Below, piece by piece: positions 1-9,124 of a stretch of 40,004 nt of DNA. The stretch spans positions 1 through 40,004 of the forward strand of contig CALHIW010000075.1 of NCBI GenBank assembly GCA_938030905.1, read 5' to 3'. This stretch comes from Candidatus Methanomethylicia archaeon. GTDB lineage: Archaea > Thermoproteota > Methanomethylicia > CALHIW01. Both the position numbers and the translations under genes were made by a program. How positions within the stretch are numbered: position 1 is the first letter of the stretch; every line of letters starts with the position of its first letter. Below the pieces are notes generated by a model that was given only the letters and a program-made list of their open reading frames with translations, did no database searches and had not been told where the DNA came from.

Positions 1-1050
1 ATATGCTTTTTCATTATTTTTAAAATATGCTCTAATCGGCTCTATTATTTCATTTAAAGCTTTAGCAACAGCGATCTTTAAATCAAGTGGGTGTACTATT
101 CCACTTCTATATGCCTGTTCTAGCTCATTATACGATTTAAATTCCAGTAATCCACCATATTTTGCCTCTCTTTTAATTATTAGTGAATCCATTTTTCTAA
201 ATATTATGTACCTACATATTTCAAGTATAGGATTCGATTCTACTTGTTTTGGAGGACAGTATGCTTTTCTTATCTTGCTCTTAATATCTTCCTCCTCATC
301 ATGAATGTATATGCATGTTTCTGGTTTACTTTTACTCATTTTCGAACTTATTTGAAGATCTATTTGAGCTGATTCATCATACCCCCCCATTTTAGTCGGT
401 CCCTGTAACCCCATAAGGAGGTGATGGCTAACTATAACAGGTTTCCAAAACCCAATTTTAGGACCTATTTCTCTTGCAAGTATATTTACTCTTCGTTGAT
501 CCATTCCAAGTTGACATATATCTACTTTAAGCATAAATATATCAGTTGCCTGCATTATAGGATAAACAAGGAATGAAAATTGTTTAACTTCACTTTCCCT
601 CCTACCCATCACTGTTACACTTCTAATAACTCTATTAATAGTTACATTCCTAGAAATTTTTAAAAAGGTTTCCCAATATTCAGGCATTTCAGCAAGATCG
701 CTAGACCATTTAACTTCAACTTTATTCATATCAACACCACAAGCCCTCCACCCCTCAATGTAGTATTCTCCAGCTTTCCTGATTATATCCATATCACCGC
801 CAAACTTATTATTTAAATACGCAAACCAGTCTGCAATATAAAGTATAAAATGAATATTTGCATCAATAAAGTCTTGAAGCTTAATTGCTCTAAGAAGTCC
901 TGAACCAAGATGTAGAAGCCCCGAGGGCTCAAATCCATCATAAGCTCTAATATTACTTTTAGATGAAAGCAGATGCTTAAGCTCTTTCTCAGTTATTATC
1001 TCTTCTGTAGGCTCTCTCCTTATGAGCTCTATTCTTCTATCAGTATTCAT
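1..1050 (-). CDS. tyrS: Tyrosyl-tRNA synthetase, archaeal type; C-terminus runs off the left window edge
   Basis: Not in the supplied ORF track because the window truncates it. My translation from ATG (1050..1048) gives an uninterrupted 350-codon frame. It reads MNTDRRIELIRREPTEEIITEKELKHLL..AYDGFEPSGLLHLGS (HIGH-like)..YPIMQATD..SSKMSKSKPE (KMSKS)..KAYCPPKQVESNPILE..HPLDLK. This is collinear with archaeal TyrRS as I remember it (M. jannaschii type). Confidence 0.85.
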   Translation of the reverse strand, partial: MNTDRRIELIRREPTEEIITEKELKHLLSSKSNIRAYDGFEPSGLLHLGSGLLRAIKLQDFIDANIHFILYIADWFAYLNNKFGGDMDIIRKAGEYYIEGWRACGVDMNKVEVKWSSDLAEMPEYWETFLKISRNVTINRVIRSVTVMGRRESEVKQFSFLVYPIMQATDIFMLKVDICQLGMDQRRVNILAREIGPKIGFWKPVIVSHHLLMGLQGPTKMGGYDESAQIDLQISSKMSKSKPETCIYIHDEEEDIKSKIRKAYCPPKQVESNPILEICRYIIFRKMDSLIIKREAKYGGLLEFKSYNELEQAYRSGIVHPLDLKIAVAKALNEIIEPIRAYFKNNEKAY

Positions 1051-1179
1051 CGTAACCCCAATAATAGCTACTAGCCGTTCATTAATATATTTTAATGCTA
1101 GCTCTAAGACTTAAACTAGCTTTTAATATATTAAATACCTCAGAATACTTACATTTAGTTTTCCTGATCTTATATGAAG

Positions 1180-1210
1180 ATGGTGAAGCTTAGAGTAGGT
1201 AGATAGTCTG
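1180..1210 (+). repeat. Short copy of a dispersed repeat core (ATGGTGAAGCTTAG..GATAG.CTG)
   Basis: atggtgaagcttag at 1180-1193 is identical to 14042-14055. The following gatagtctg (1202-1210) resembles gatagctg (14063-14070). Confidence 0.35.
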
Positions 1211-1245
1211 AAATAGCAAGTTTAAGGGTGGTCTTAGTGAAGAAT

Positions 1246-1371
1246 ATGAGATTTTATAAACTATTTTTATGTACTTTACAAACTCATAAGGGAGATGTAA
1301 TTCTAATTGGAGTTGATGATAATGGTAATGCTATAAGTGTTGATGTTGAAGAGAAACTATTAAGGATTTAA
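1246..1371 (+). pseudogene. 41-codon fragment resembling the AlbA_2/Schlafen-type DNA-binding domain core (..GDVILIGVDDNGNAISV..)
   Basis: My translation is MRFYKLFLCTLQTHKGDVILIGVDDNGNAISVDVEEKLLRI*. The LIGVDDNG.I.GV-like motif is typical of the AlbA_2 domain, which normally sits in proteins of more than 350 aa. Here it is isolated and far too short. Confidence 0.25.
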
Positions 1372-1494
1372 TGAGTAAAGTAAAGTTCTCTATTGAACCT
1401 ATAATAATACATAATCAATATTTTAAAATGGTTATCAAGTTAGTATATGTATAGTTAATAGCCCAACTTGACAGCACTCCTAAATCCCCGTAAG

Positions 1495-1503
1495 ATTTAT
1501 ATG
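1495..1503 (+). promoter_or_regulatory. TATA-like box (ATTTATATG) upstream of the likely etfB start
   Basis: Centre lies ~29 nt upstream of in-frame GTG 1528, the spacing expected for an archaeal TATA box on a near-leaderless mRNA. It overlaps ATG 1501, which argues against that ATG being the start. Confidence 0.3.
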
Positions 1504-1527
1504 TTAAAGCTTTATTCCGAAGCAGGG

Positions 1528-2340
1528 GTGCTATTGGTTAGCATTATTGTTCTGGTTAAGCTAGCCATAGATGTTAGTCAGCTTCGAATCGACTCCTCAA
1601 CAGGTAAACCCTATATTGAAGAAGCACCGTTAAAAATAAGCGATATAGATAGAATGGCTATAGAGGAAGCTGTAAGGATCAAGGAGAAACATGGGGGTAG
1701 GATAACGTCAATCTCAGCTTTAACATGGCCCCCATTCACAAAAAGAATATCAGAAGCTGAAATGCCTCTAAGGGAAGTTTTAGCCATGGGTATCGATGAA
1801 GCAATACTTATAGCTGACGAAAAACTCCTACAAGCAGACACGAAAACAACAGCAAGCGTAATCACAGCAGTAATAAAAAAACTCGGAGGAGCAGATCTTA
1901 TCATAGCAGGAGAAGGAACGATAGATGGGTTCTCAGGAGTGGTAGGAGCAAGAGTGGCTGCGGGGCTCAACATACCACTCATCACATACGCTAGAAAAGT
2001 AGAACTAAAAGGAAACATAATAATAGCTGAAAGAGATTTGGAGGACTATATTGAAGCGGTAGAAACAACAATACCAGCGGTAGTAACAGTAACAAGAGAA
2101 ATAAACGTTCCAAGACTGCCAACACTACTTCAAATAAGAATGGCAATAAAGAAACCATTAAGAAAAATAACACTACAAGAAATAGAAGTGGAAGTAGAAC
2201 CAAAAATAAAACCATTTACAATAGAAGGAGTAAAAATAAGAAGAAAAAATATAATGATAGAAGGAAAAACACCTGAAGAACTCACAGAAAACCTAATCAA
2301 AAAACTAGTAGATGAAGGAGTAATAGCTCCGAAAAGGTGA
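1528..2340 (+). CDS. etfB: Electron transfer flavoprotein, beta subunit
   Basis: ORF 1468..2340. The N-terminus ..LLVSIIVLVKLAIDVSQLRID.. matches the ETF-beta M.I.V.VK.V.D start. The ORF is followed 4 nt later by etfA. Start is uncertain: TTG 1468, ATG 1501, GTG 1528 or TTG 1534. GTG 1528 is preferred from N-terminal alignment logic and the TATA-like box. Confidence 0.8.
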   Translation: MLLVSIIVLVKLAIDVSQLRIDSSTGKPYIEEAPLKISDIDRMAIEEAVRIKEKHGGRITSISALTWPPFTKRISEAEMPLREVLAMGIDEAILIADEKLLQADTKTTASVITAVIKKLGGADLIIAGEGTIDGFSGVVGARVAAGLNIPLITYARKVELKGNIIIAERDLEDYIEAVETTIPAVVTVTREINVPRLPTLLQIRMAIKKPLRKITLQEIEVEVEPKIKPFTIEGVKIRRKNIMIEGKTPEELTENLIKKLVDEGVIAPKR

Positions 2341-2344
2341 AACC

Positions 2345-3289
2345 ATGAAAATACTAACGGTCTCAGACATAAATACAGGGCTAGAACTATTGGGGTTTGC
2401 AGAAAAACTATCAATACTAATTCCACAAGTAAAAACAGAAGCATTAGTAATAGGAGAATATACAGAAGACCAGGCAAAAGAATATATGGTAAGAGGAGCA
2501 GAAAGGGTATACGTAGTAGAAGAAGCGGACATAAAAGACCCAGAAACAACAGCAACAGCAATAATAGAAACATATAACCGAACAAAACCAGACATAATAG
2601 CAATAAGAAGCATAAAAAACACAAAAGAGGCAGCAGCGAGAGCAGCTCAACAACTAGGGATAGGAACAATATCAGATATAGCAAGAATAGAGATGAAAAA
2701 TGAAAAACTAACATTCATAAGAATAATTTTGAGTGGAAAAGTAACAGCATATCAAGAAGTAATAACACCAGCAGTAGTACTTATACCACCAGGAAAATTT
2801 GAACCACCAAAACCAACAGAAAAAGCAGGTCAAATAATAAAAATACCAATAAAAACAGAGAAAAAAATAAAAACAATAAAAATTGAAGGAAAAAAGAAGG
2901 CAGCAGTAAAATTAGAAGAAGCAGAACTAATAGTATCGGTAGGAAGAGGATACAGAACCAAGGAAGACTTACAAATAGCATTCCAGCTAGCAGAAACAAT
3001 AGGAGCGCAAATAGGATGCTCAAGACCAATAGCAGCAGACCTACGCTGGCTTCCCGAAGAACATTGGGTTGGATTGTCTGGTAAGAAAGTTAGGCCGAGA
3101 ATGTATATGGCTACAGGTATTTCAGGTCAGATGCAACATATTGCTGGAATTATGGATGCTGGTATTGTTGTTGCTATTAATAAGGACTCTAATGCTCCTA
3201 TATTTCAATATGCTGATTACGGTGTTGTCGGTGACATCTATAAAATTTTACCTCTACTAACTAAGCGTTTATCAGAAATTTTAAAATAA
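2345..3289 (+). CDS. etfA: Electron transfer flavoprotein, alpha subunit
   Basis: The C-terminal FAD-binding signature ..RPRMYMATGISGQMQHIAGIMDAGIVVAINKDSNAPIFQYADYGVVGDIY.. is typical of ETF-alpha. The gene is adjacent to etfB. Confidence 0.88.
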   Translation: MKILTVSDINTGLELLGFAEKLSILIPQVKTEALVIGEYTEDQAKEYMVRGAERVYVVEEADIKDPETTATAIIETYNRTKPDIIAIRSIKNTKEAAARAAQQLGIGTISDIARIEMKNEKLTFIRIILSGKVTAYQEVITPAVVLIPPGKFEPPKPTEKAGQIIKIPIKTEKKIKTIKIEGKKKAAVKLEEAELIVSVGRGYRTKEDLQIAFQLAETIGAQIGCSRPIAADLRWLPEEHWVGLSGKKVRPRMYMATGISGQMQHIAGIMDAGIVVAINKDSNAPIFQYADYGVVGDIYKILPLLTKRLSEILK

Positions 3290-3707
3290 CTCATTTAGTT
3301 TTTATGTGGGCAGAATTGATATGAGAGAAATACATTGAATTCCCAACTTTCTTTAGCTGTTTTTATAAGATCCCCCATACCTTAAGGGCAAATAGTTTAT
3401 TAGATAAAATGTAGGCCATCATGGCGTATCCAAATTCACCCGGTAGTTGTTTAGTCAAACTTATAAGTGTGTTTCACTAAGTGCATATGCTTGAAGAGGT
3501 TAGTCTATACTGAGTTTGTAATGCTGTAAATGTACTTACAGTATCCCCTAATTACTCCTTAAGAGAATTTTGAAGGCTATGCTGATAATTCTAACTTATC
3601 AATTTATAGATCATAAATAATATTTAGATTATGTAGCCTTAGATCTATAATTGAGTAAGAAATAAAGAGAAACTTACAGTTACTAATTTATCTTAAAATT
3701 CATTGAT

Positions 3708-4079
3708 TTATTTAAGCTCGTTCATTATAGTTGTTTTTATTTCTTCAAAGCTTGGAATACCTATAATCTTATGCTTTCCATTTATTATGAAGACAGGATA
3801 ATTTCTAACTCTATATTTTAATGATTTCCATAATCCATGAGGAGTAGATACATCAATAGCGCTTATCTTAATTTTATCCCCGAAATAGTTAATGAGGCTA
3901 AAAGCTAAATCACATATCCTCATATAACTCTCCCTCACTTCAGCAGGATAGTCTCTAAGTACATTATTAATCATGGAGAGACCGGAGGCAGGAAGTAGTG
4001 GTTGACAATCCTTACAGATAGAGTAGAAGGTAGGAAACATAGTAAGGATCTCCACTTTAACCTGCAAATTCTCCACCAC
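3708..4079 (-). CDS. Small thioredoxin-fold protein with a CxxC motif (CKDC)
   Basis: 123 aa. CKDC lies near the N-terminus and a C-terminal ..YPVFIINGKHKIIGIPSFEEI.. resembles the beta-strand/cis-Pro region of glutaredoxin/thioredoxin-like proteins. Family not resolved. Confidence 0.4.
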   Translation of the reverse strand: MVENLQVKVEILTMFPTFYSICKDCQPLLPASGLSMINNVLRDYPAEVRESYMRICDLAFSLINYFGDKIKISAIDVSTPHGLWKSLKYRVRNYPVFIINGKHKIIGIPSFEEIKTTIMNELK

Positions 4080-4599
4080 TCTATCTACTCAGCCCCTTAT
4101 ATAAGCTTATTTAGCCATTATCTACTCTTATATCCATATTAAAACACCACCATTGAGGAATTTCAAACACTAGCTTATATGAGGGTTAATTCTCTGAAAC
4201 AGTTTAGTAAACTAGTAAGGGAAGCAGATGCAGTAAATAATTTATGTAAAAATATTATGAATTAAACACAAAACTCAAGTAACTATTCATCACAATTACT
4301 AATCTCTTCTACAGTTTAGCTATTCATATATTCTCAGACAAGAAACCCTCATGCATATTAACATACTTTTAATTGATAAGCATTCATATAAACATTCTCA
4401 AAATGTTAAAACATTACTTAAGGTTTACTAAAAGATCTAAATTAGTAAAAACATATATCTCTGTCTTTTGCTCTACGAACTCTATATATGAAAGTATATA
4501 GGTTGATAGCCTAGTTATCAAGTACCATCCATCATTAAATCAAGAAGGTTTTCAGAAAGAGTTAAAAGAGGTGTAGTGTTTACTATTTGTGTGTTATAC

Positions 4600-5112
4600 A
4601 TGGTTAAAGCCTTTAAGTTTGAAGGTAGAGAAATAGCCTATACAAGTGTTTTTGCTGCACTCTATGCTGTAACTGTTATTTCTCTAGCTCCAATAAGCTT
4701 TGGAGTTTATCAGGTAAGGATTGCAGATGCCCTACTACCATTATCCATGATGTTCGGTATGCCTGTAGCTGTTGGAACATGTATAGGATGTCTAGCTGCA
4801 AACTTCTATGGTGGGCTAGGAGTTATAGATGTTATTGGTGGTTCTATTGCAAATCTCGTAGCCTGTACGGTAGCCTACCATATATGTAGAAATAGCTTAA
4901 CACGTAAACGTAGAATTCTAGGATGTTTTATAGAAACAGCTATAATAACAGTTATTGTTGGTGGATATTTATCCTTTATCTTCCATATCCCCATAGAAAT
5001 AGGATTAATCAATATCCTCATCGGCTCACTTGTATCAATTAACATGCTTGGCTACCTTCTATTAGAGGCTCTGCTTAAGAGAGGTTTTAGCCCTAAACAG
5101 AGAATAGAATAG
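4600..5112 (+). CDS. QueT-family membrane transporter (queuosine/archaeosine precursor, ECF S-component-like)
   Basis: Hydrophobic multi-helix protein. ..FAALYAVTVISLAPISFGVYQVRIADALLPL..IANLVACTVAY.. matches the AALY..T...AP..F...Q.R motif pattern I associate with QueT. ATG 4600 is preferred over GTG 4576. Confidence 0.5.
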   Translation: MVKAFKFEGREIAYTSVFAALYAVTVISLAPISFGVYQVRIADALLPLSMMFGMPVAVGTCIGCLAANFYGGLGVIDVIGGSIANLVACTVAYHICRNSLTRKRRILGCFIETAIITVIVGGYLSFIFHIPIEIGLINILIGSLVSINMLGYLLLEALLKRGFSPKQRIE

Positions 5113-5374
5113 CATCTCTAATAGTAGAGTATATTTGTTAAGTTGGTTAAGATGCTTCTGTCAACTTAAACTTCTAAATTCTTCTTCACCACTCAGCCTT
5201 TTATAATATCTATCTCTTAGAAATTAATACAATATAAATCAAAAGTAACTCTAGAAATTAGGATTATGTATGTGTTTTATTCAAGTAAGCTACTATATGT
5301 TAAGATCATTTAATGCTAATATATCACGATGTATTTTATAAAGATTAATATTTTAGGTAGTAAACTACTGTTTT

Positions 5375-5854
5375 ATGCCGAAATATACCTATGTATGTTT
5401 GGGTGGTACATTTAATCATCTACATAAAGGACATAGAGTAATGATTGAGACAGCATTTACTATTGGAGACAAGGTATTAATAGGGTTAGCAGATGAACAT
5501 TTAGTAAAAACTAAGGAATACTATAACTTAATTGAGAGTTATGAAGAAAGGAAGAAGAAAATTAGAGATTTCTTAGCAGCTAAAGGATGGTTAGATAGAG
5601 TAGAAATAGTACCAATAAGTGATGCATATGGACCAGCAGTAAGCATACCTGATCTAGATGCTATAATTGTAAGTGAAGAAACAGAAAGAAGAGCTTCAGA
5701 AATAAATGAAATTAGAGAGAAGAAAGGACTTAAAAAACTAGATATAATAGTTATTAAACTAGTTAAAGCAGAGAACAATAAACCGATTTCCTCAACAAGA
5801 ATTAGAAAGGGAGAAATAGATACAGAGGGAAAAATAATTAAACATGTATTCTAA
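5375..5854 (+). CDS. Archaeal phosphopantetheine adenylyltransferase (cytidylyltransferase-fold)
   Basis: ..CLGGTFNHLHKGHRVMIETAF.. (the (T/H)xGH nucleotidyltransferase motif) plus a C-terminal ..ISSTRIRKGEID... The ~160 aa size is typical of archaeal PPAT. Confidence 0.75.
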   Translation: MPKYTYVCLGGTFNHLHKGHRVMIETAFTIGDKVLIGLADEHLVKTKEYYNLIESYEERKKKIRDFLAAKGWLDRVEIVPISDAYGPAVSIPDLDAIIVSEETERRASEINEIREKKGLKKLDIIVIKLVKAENNKPISSTRIRKGEIDTEGKIIKHVF

Positions 5855-6049
5855 TTCTGGGCAAGATGGGATAATAGAATATGAGCATCTAATAAGCCTT
5901 AACGAACCAAGTAAACCAGTCACAAAATCTTATTTATAAGCATACTCTAAAATGATCTTCTATATGTTGTAATGCTTTATAGCCTCACAACCAACTCATC
6001 CACTATATCAAGCTTAATAAAGAGCTCATCTTTAAACTCTGTATCTTAG

Positions 6050-6759
6050 GTGTATTATTATGCACGCCATGGTTGTGAAGGCTTTGTAGATTATTGCTAG
6101 CCTTTTTATATCTTATAATTATTCTTCTAAATCTTTTAAGCCATCTATAGAATCTTTAGAAGCAGATTTATCTTCTTGTAAATCTCAACATTGTATGGTT
6201 TAGGATTCCTCCCATTTCTAGAGTTTAAGGTATCTTCGCCTCCACATTCATTGATGATAACCTATCTCTCATAGCTTCAGTATCATATGCTGAGTCTGCA
6301 TATAGTTCTTTTGGAAGCTTTTCTAAGTCCTCCAATAGCTCATTGAACCTCTTAGAATCATACTCATTTCCAGAACCTAAAGCTATGCTTAAAGACATGG
6401 AGTATTCATCTACACATATATGAATCTCTACTCTCCTATGCTTAAAACTATCATACCCTATTATCCCCCCTTAGCTTCTACAGTTGAGCTATCAATACAT
6501 ACCCTACTAAGTCTCTCATATATACTAAAGCCCTAAATATCCTACCCCATAACCCCTACCAGCACTTAAGCCTCCAAGCAGTCTTATAAGAACCATAATG
6601 AATAGACATACCCATCCACCTACACCTAGTAGTCAAGATGTATAGAATGCCACTCATGATAAGTCTATCATTAAATCTAGCTTTACTAACCCCAGTTTTA
6701 GAAGGCAGGAGAGGCTCGATAAAAGTCCACTCTCTATCAGAAAGCTCACGAAACCCCAT
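6050..6759 (-). pseudogene. Decayed IS5-family (IS427/IS1031-like) DDE transposase
   Basis: The 67-aa ORF 6556..6759 is the N-terminus: LSDREWTFIEPLLP..ILYILTTRCRWMGMSIHYGSYKTAWRLKCW, then TAG. My manual translation continues collinearly in shifted frames. It reads IDSSTVEAKGG (stop at a G6 run, ~6465-6470) / GIIGYDSFKHRRVEIHICVDEYSMSLSIALGSGNEYDSKRFNELLEDL..LYADSAYDTEAMRDRL..EAKIP* / NSRNGRNPKPYNVE / FYRWLKRFRRIIIRYKK. That gives at least one in-frame stop and three frame disruptions. Confidence 0.8.
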
Positions 6760-7421
6760 ACCTAAACCTTAAAAAAGCTTAAATAATTTAGAGATGAGTT
6801 CAAAGTTTAGAGGTTATTCTAGTAACTATGCTGACTGTTTACCGTAAAAGAGCTTTAAAAAGCCTCATTTTATTCTCTTCTAATAACCCTTAATCACTAA
6901 CTCTTTGTTCTGTGTCTATTGTCCATGTTGATTTATAGTTGGTTAATGATTGACTTACATTTTGCCATTTACGTTTATGAGTTTGATTGAGGCTTATCGC
7001 AGAGACCCTAATGTTCATAGCTTAACCCCACATGATTTGATAAGGAGTTAATATAGCTTAGTTAAGCCTCATAATTAAACCATAAGTAAAACTACACAAA
7101 ATGTTAGTGTGCCATGTAGGGTTGATGTCTTCTCTTTAGGTTTAGAGGGTTTCACTAAACCTTAATATAAGATTTGTAAAATCATGTTGGGTTTATGATT
7201 ACTTTAATGAGAGTGTAATGTGAGGTAAGTCGCATCAAGACTAAATAGTGGAAGACTACACATCTCCTCATACATAAACTGAATTGTTAAACCACTAATC
7301 GAATCATGTTACAAACGATAGGCATAAACTAAATATAAGCAAATAATTAGTTAGCCTATAGAGTTTTTGATTTAGCATAAAAGAATATAAGTAGTGTATA
7401 AAATCTTAGATTGTGGTTTTA

Positions 7422-8591
7422 ATGTTTAGACGTGTTGCGATTATCGGCATTGGGCATTCAAAGTTTGGAGTTAGACAAGATGTAAATGTTAATGAGCTTG
7501 CATTTGAATCTATTAAGCCTGCAATAGAGGATGCTGGAGTTGACAAAAGAGATATTGAACTTATGGTTTTAGGATCTGTTGGAGTCTGGTATGAGGAGCC
7601 GTTACCAGTAGTAAGTATAGCTGAGTATTGTGGTTTATCAGGTGTAGGTTTACTTAGAACCGAAGCCGCTTGTGCAACTGGTAGTGCTGCATTTTTTACT
7701 GCGTATTCCGCTATTGCAAGTGGTCAGATTGATGTAGCTCTTGTTGTTGGTGTTGAGAAAATGAGGGAAGTTGATACTCTAACTGCTATTGAACTTATGG
7801 GTAGAGCTGGATGTTACCTATGGGAATTCCATAACTTTGGTATAACGTTTCCAGCATACTATGCACTACATGCAACCGCCCATATGGCTAAATATGGAAC
7901 AACAGAAGAGGATTTAGCACTAATAGCTGTTAAAAACCATAAATACGCAGCTATGAATCCTAATGCTCAATTTAGGAAGCCCATTACCATAAATGATGTT
8001 TTATCATCAATGGTTATTGCTTGGCCTCTTAAACTCTATGATTGCTGTCCTATAACTGATGGCTCCGCCACTATTATATTAGCATCAGAGAATAAGGTTA
8101 GAGAGTTTAAGGTAGATACTCCAATATGGGTTGCTGGAATTGGATATTCATCAGATACTGTAAATCTAAGTAAGAGATCTAGTTACGTTGGGCTATATCC
8201 TACAGTTAGAGCATCCCAAATGGCTTATAGAATGGCTAATATTGAACCGAAAGATGTAGAGCTAGCAAACGTTCATGATTGCTTTACAATAGCTGAACTG
8301 ATGGCCTATGAGGATCTTGGATTCTGTAGGAAGGGTGAGGGTGTAAAGCTAATTAGGGATGGGGAGGTTGAAGTTGATGGTAAAATACCAGTAAATGTTG
8401 ATGGAGGACTTAAGGCAAAAGGCCATCCGATAGGTGCAACAGGTATTTCAATGATTGCTGAATTAGCAAAGCAATTAAGAGGGGAAGCTATTGAAAGATC
8501 AAGACAAGTAGCATTTAGGAAGTATATAGCCCTAGCTCATAATGTCGGTGGAACTGGGCATTACTGCTATGTGACTATATTGAAGAGGTAG
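7422..8591 (+). CDS. Thiolase (acetyl-CoA C-acyltransferase, archaeal SCP-x-like type)
   Basis: MFRRVAIIGIGHSKFG.. start, nucleophile region ..EAACATGSAAF.., ..NVHDCFT.. and ..GHPIGATG.., and C-terminal ..HNVGGTG... Followed 5 nt later by a DUF35 partner. Confidence 0.88.
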   Translation: MFRRVAIIGIGHSKFGVRQDVNVNELAFESIKPAIEDAGVDKRDIELMVLGSVGVWYEEPLPVVSIAEYCGLSGVGLLRTEAACATGSAAFFTAYSAIASGQIDVALVVGVEKMREVDTLTAIELMGRAGCYLWEFHNFGITFPAYYALHATAHMAKYGTTEEDLALIAVKNHKYAAMNPNAQFRKPITINDVLSSMVIAWPLKLYDCCPITDGSATIILASENKVREFKVDTPIWVAGIGYSSDTVNLSKRSSYVGLYPTVRASQMAYRMANIEPKDVELANVHDCFTIAELMAYEDLGFCRKGEGVKLIRDGEVEVDGKIPVNVDGGLKAKGHPIGATGISMIAELAKQLRGEAIERSRQVAFRKYIALAHNVGGTGHYCYVTILKR

Positions 8592-8596
8592 CTGCC

Positions 8597-9025
8597 ATGT
8601 TAACCATACCAACCCTAAAATCTAAACCCATAAATTTAAGCTATGATATCCCAATAAGTAGAACTAAGCAGTTTTGGGATGGGCTTAAAGAGGGTAAAGT
8701 ACTTGCAACAAAGTGTAAGAAATGCGGAACACTAAACTTTCCACCAGCAGCAGACTGCCCAAACTGCTATTCCTCAGATATCGAATGGATACCCTTAAGC
8801 AGTGAAGGAGAAATTGAAACATTCACTCATGTCATAGTTAAGCCCCAGTCATTCCAGGAATATGAACCCTATACTATAGTCATAGTCAAACTTAAGGATA
8901 ATGTAAGAGTTTTAGCATGGCTTACAGATACATTAATAGAAAATATAAAAGTCGGAATGAAAGTTAAGCTACAGGTTAAAAAATCTCAGGAAGGAGTATT
9001 AACCTATGAATTTACACCGATTTAA
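8597..9025 (+). CDS. DUF35 (Zn-ribbon + OB-fold) thiolase-associated protein
   Basis: 142 aa with a CKKCGTLNFPPAADCPNC rubredoxin-like knuckle followed by a beta-rich OB-like C-terminus. It sits directly downstream of the thiolase, as in archaeal thiolase/DUF35 pairs. Confidence 0.8.
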   Translation: MLTIPTLKSKPINLSYDIPISRTKQFWDGLKEGKVLATKCKKCGTLNFPPAADCPNCYSSDIEWIPLSSEGEIETFTHVIVKPQSFQEYEPYTIVIVKLKDNVRVLAWLTDTLIENIKVGMKVKLQVKKSQEGVLTYEFTPI

Positions 9026-9124
9026 AATATCCTCAAATTTAAGTCATTATACCAACAGAATCCTAGTTCAATCTAGAAACCTTTATATAATTCCAATACG
9101 TATCATCTTGAACGAGGTTATTTT

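Noticed and set aside
1611-3029. Cluster of antisense ORFs (1611..2018, 1991..2215, 2130..2714, 2305..2622, 2444..2653, 2781..3029) encoding Leu/Phe/Val/Cys-rich low-complexity peptides, plus the out-of-frame sense ORF 3069..3260
   Set aside because: They lie opposite or inside the well-supported etfB/etfA frames. They are a direct by-product of the T-depleted coding strand: stop codons are rare on the A-poor complement. The peptides are low-complexity with no motifs.
4080-4599. Looked for a preQ1-type riboswitch upstream of the QueT-like gene
   Set aside because: No recognisable preQ1-I/II consensus or convincing pseudoknot-forming stems. Riboswitches are also rare in archaea.
5135-5175. 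Hairpin TTAAGTTG-n16-CAACTTAA downstream of the QueT-like gene, and hairpin AGGTTTAG-n9-CTAAACCT near 7138-7164
   Set aside because: Short AT-rich stems of 8 bp. Archaeal termination mainly uses oligo-T tracts, and there is no evidence these are functional.
5993-6800. Candidate terminal inverted repeats of the IS5-like element (AACTCATC / GATGAGTT)
   Set aside because: The exact match is only 8 bp and the flanks agree weakly. This is not statistically convincing without other copies, so I kept it as a note and not as a feature.
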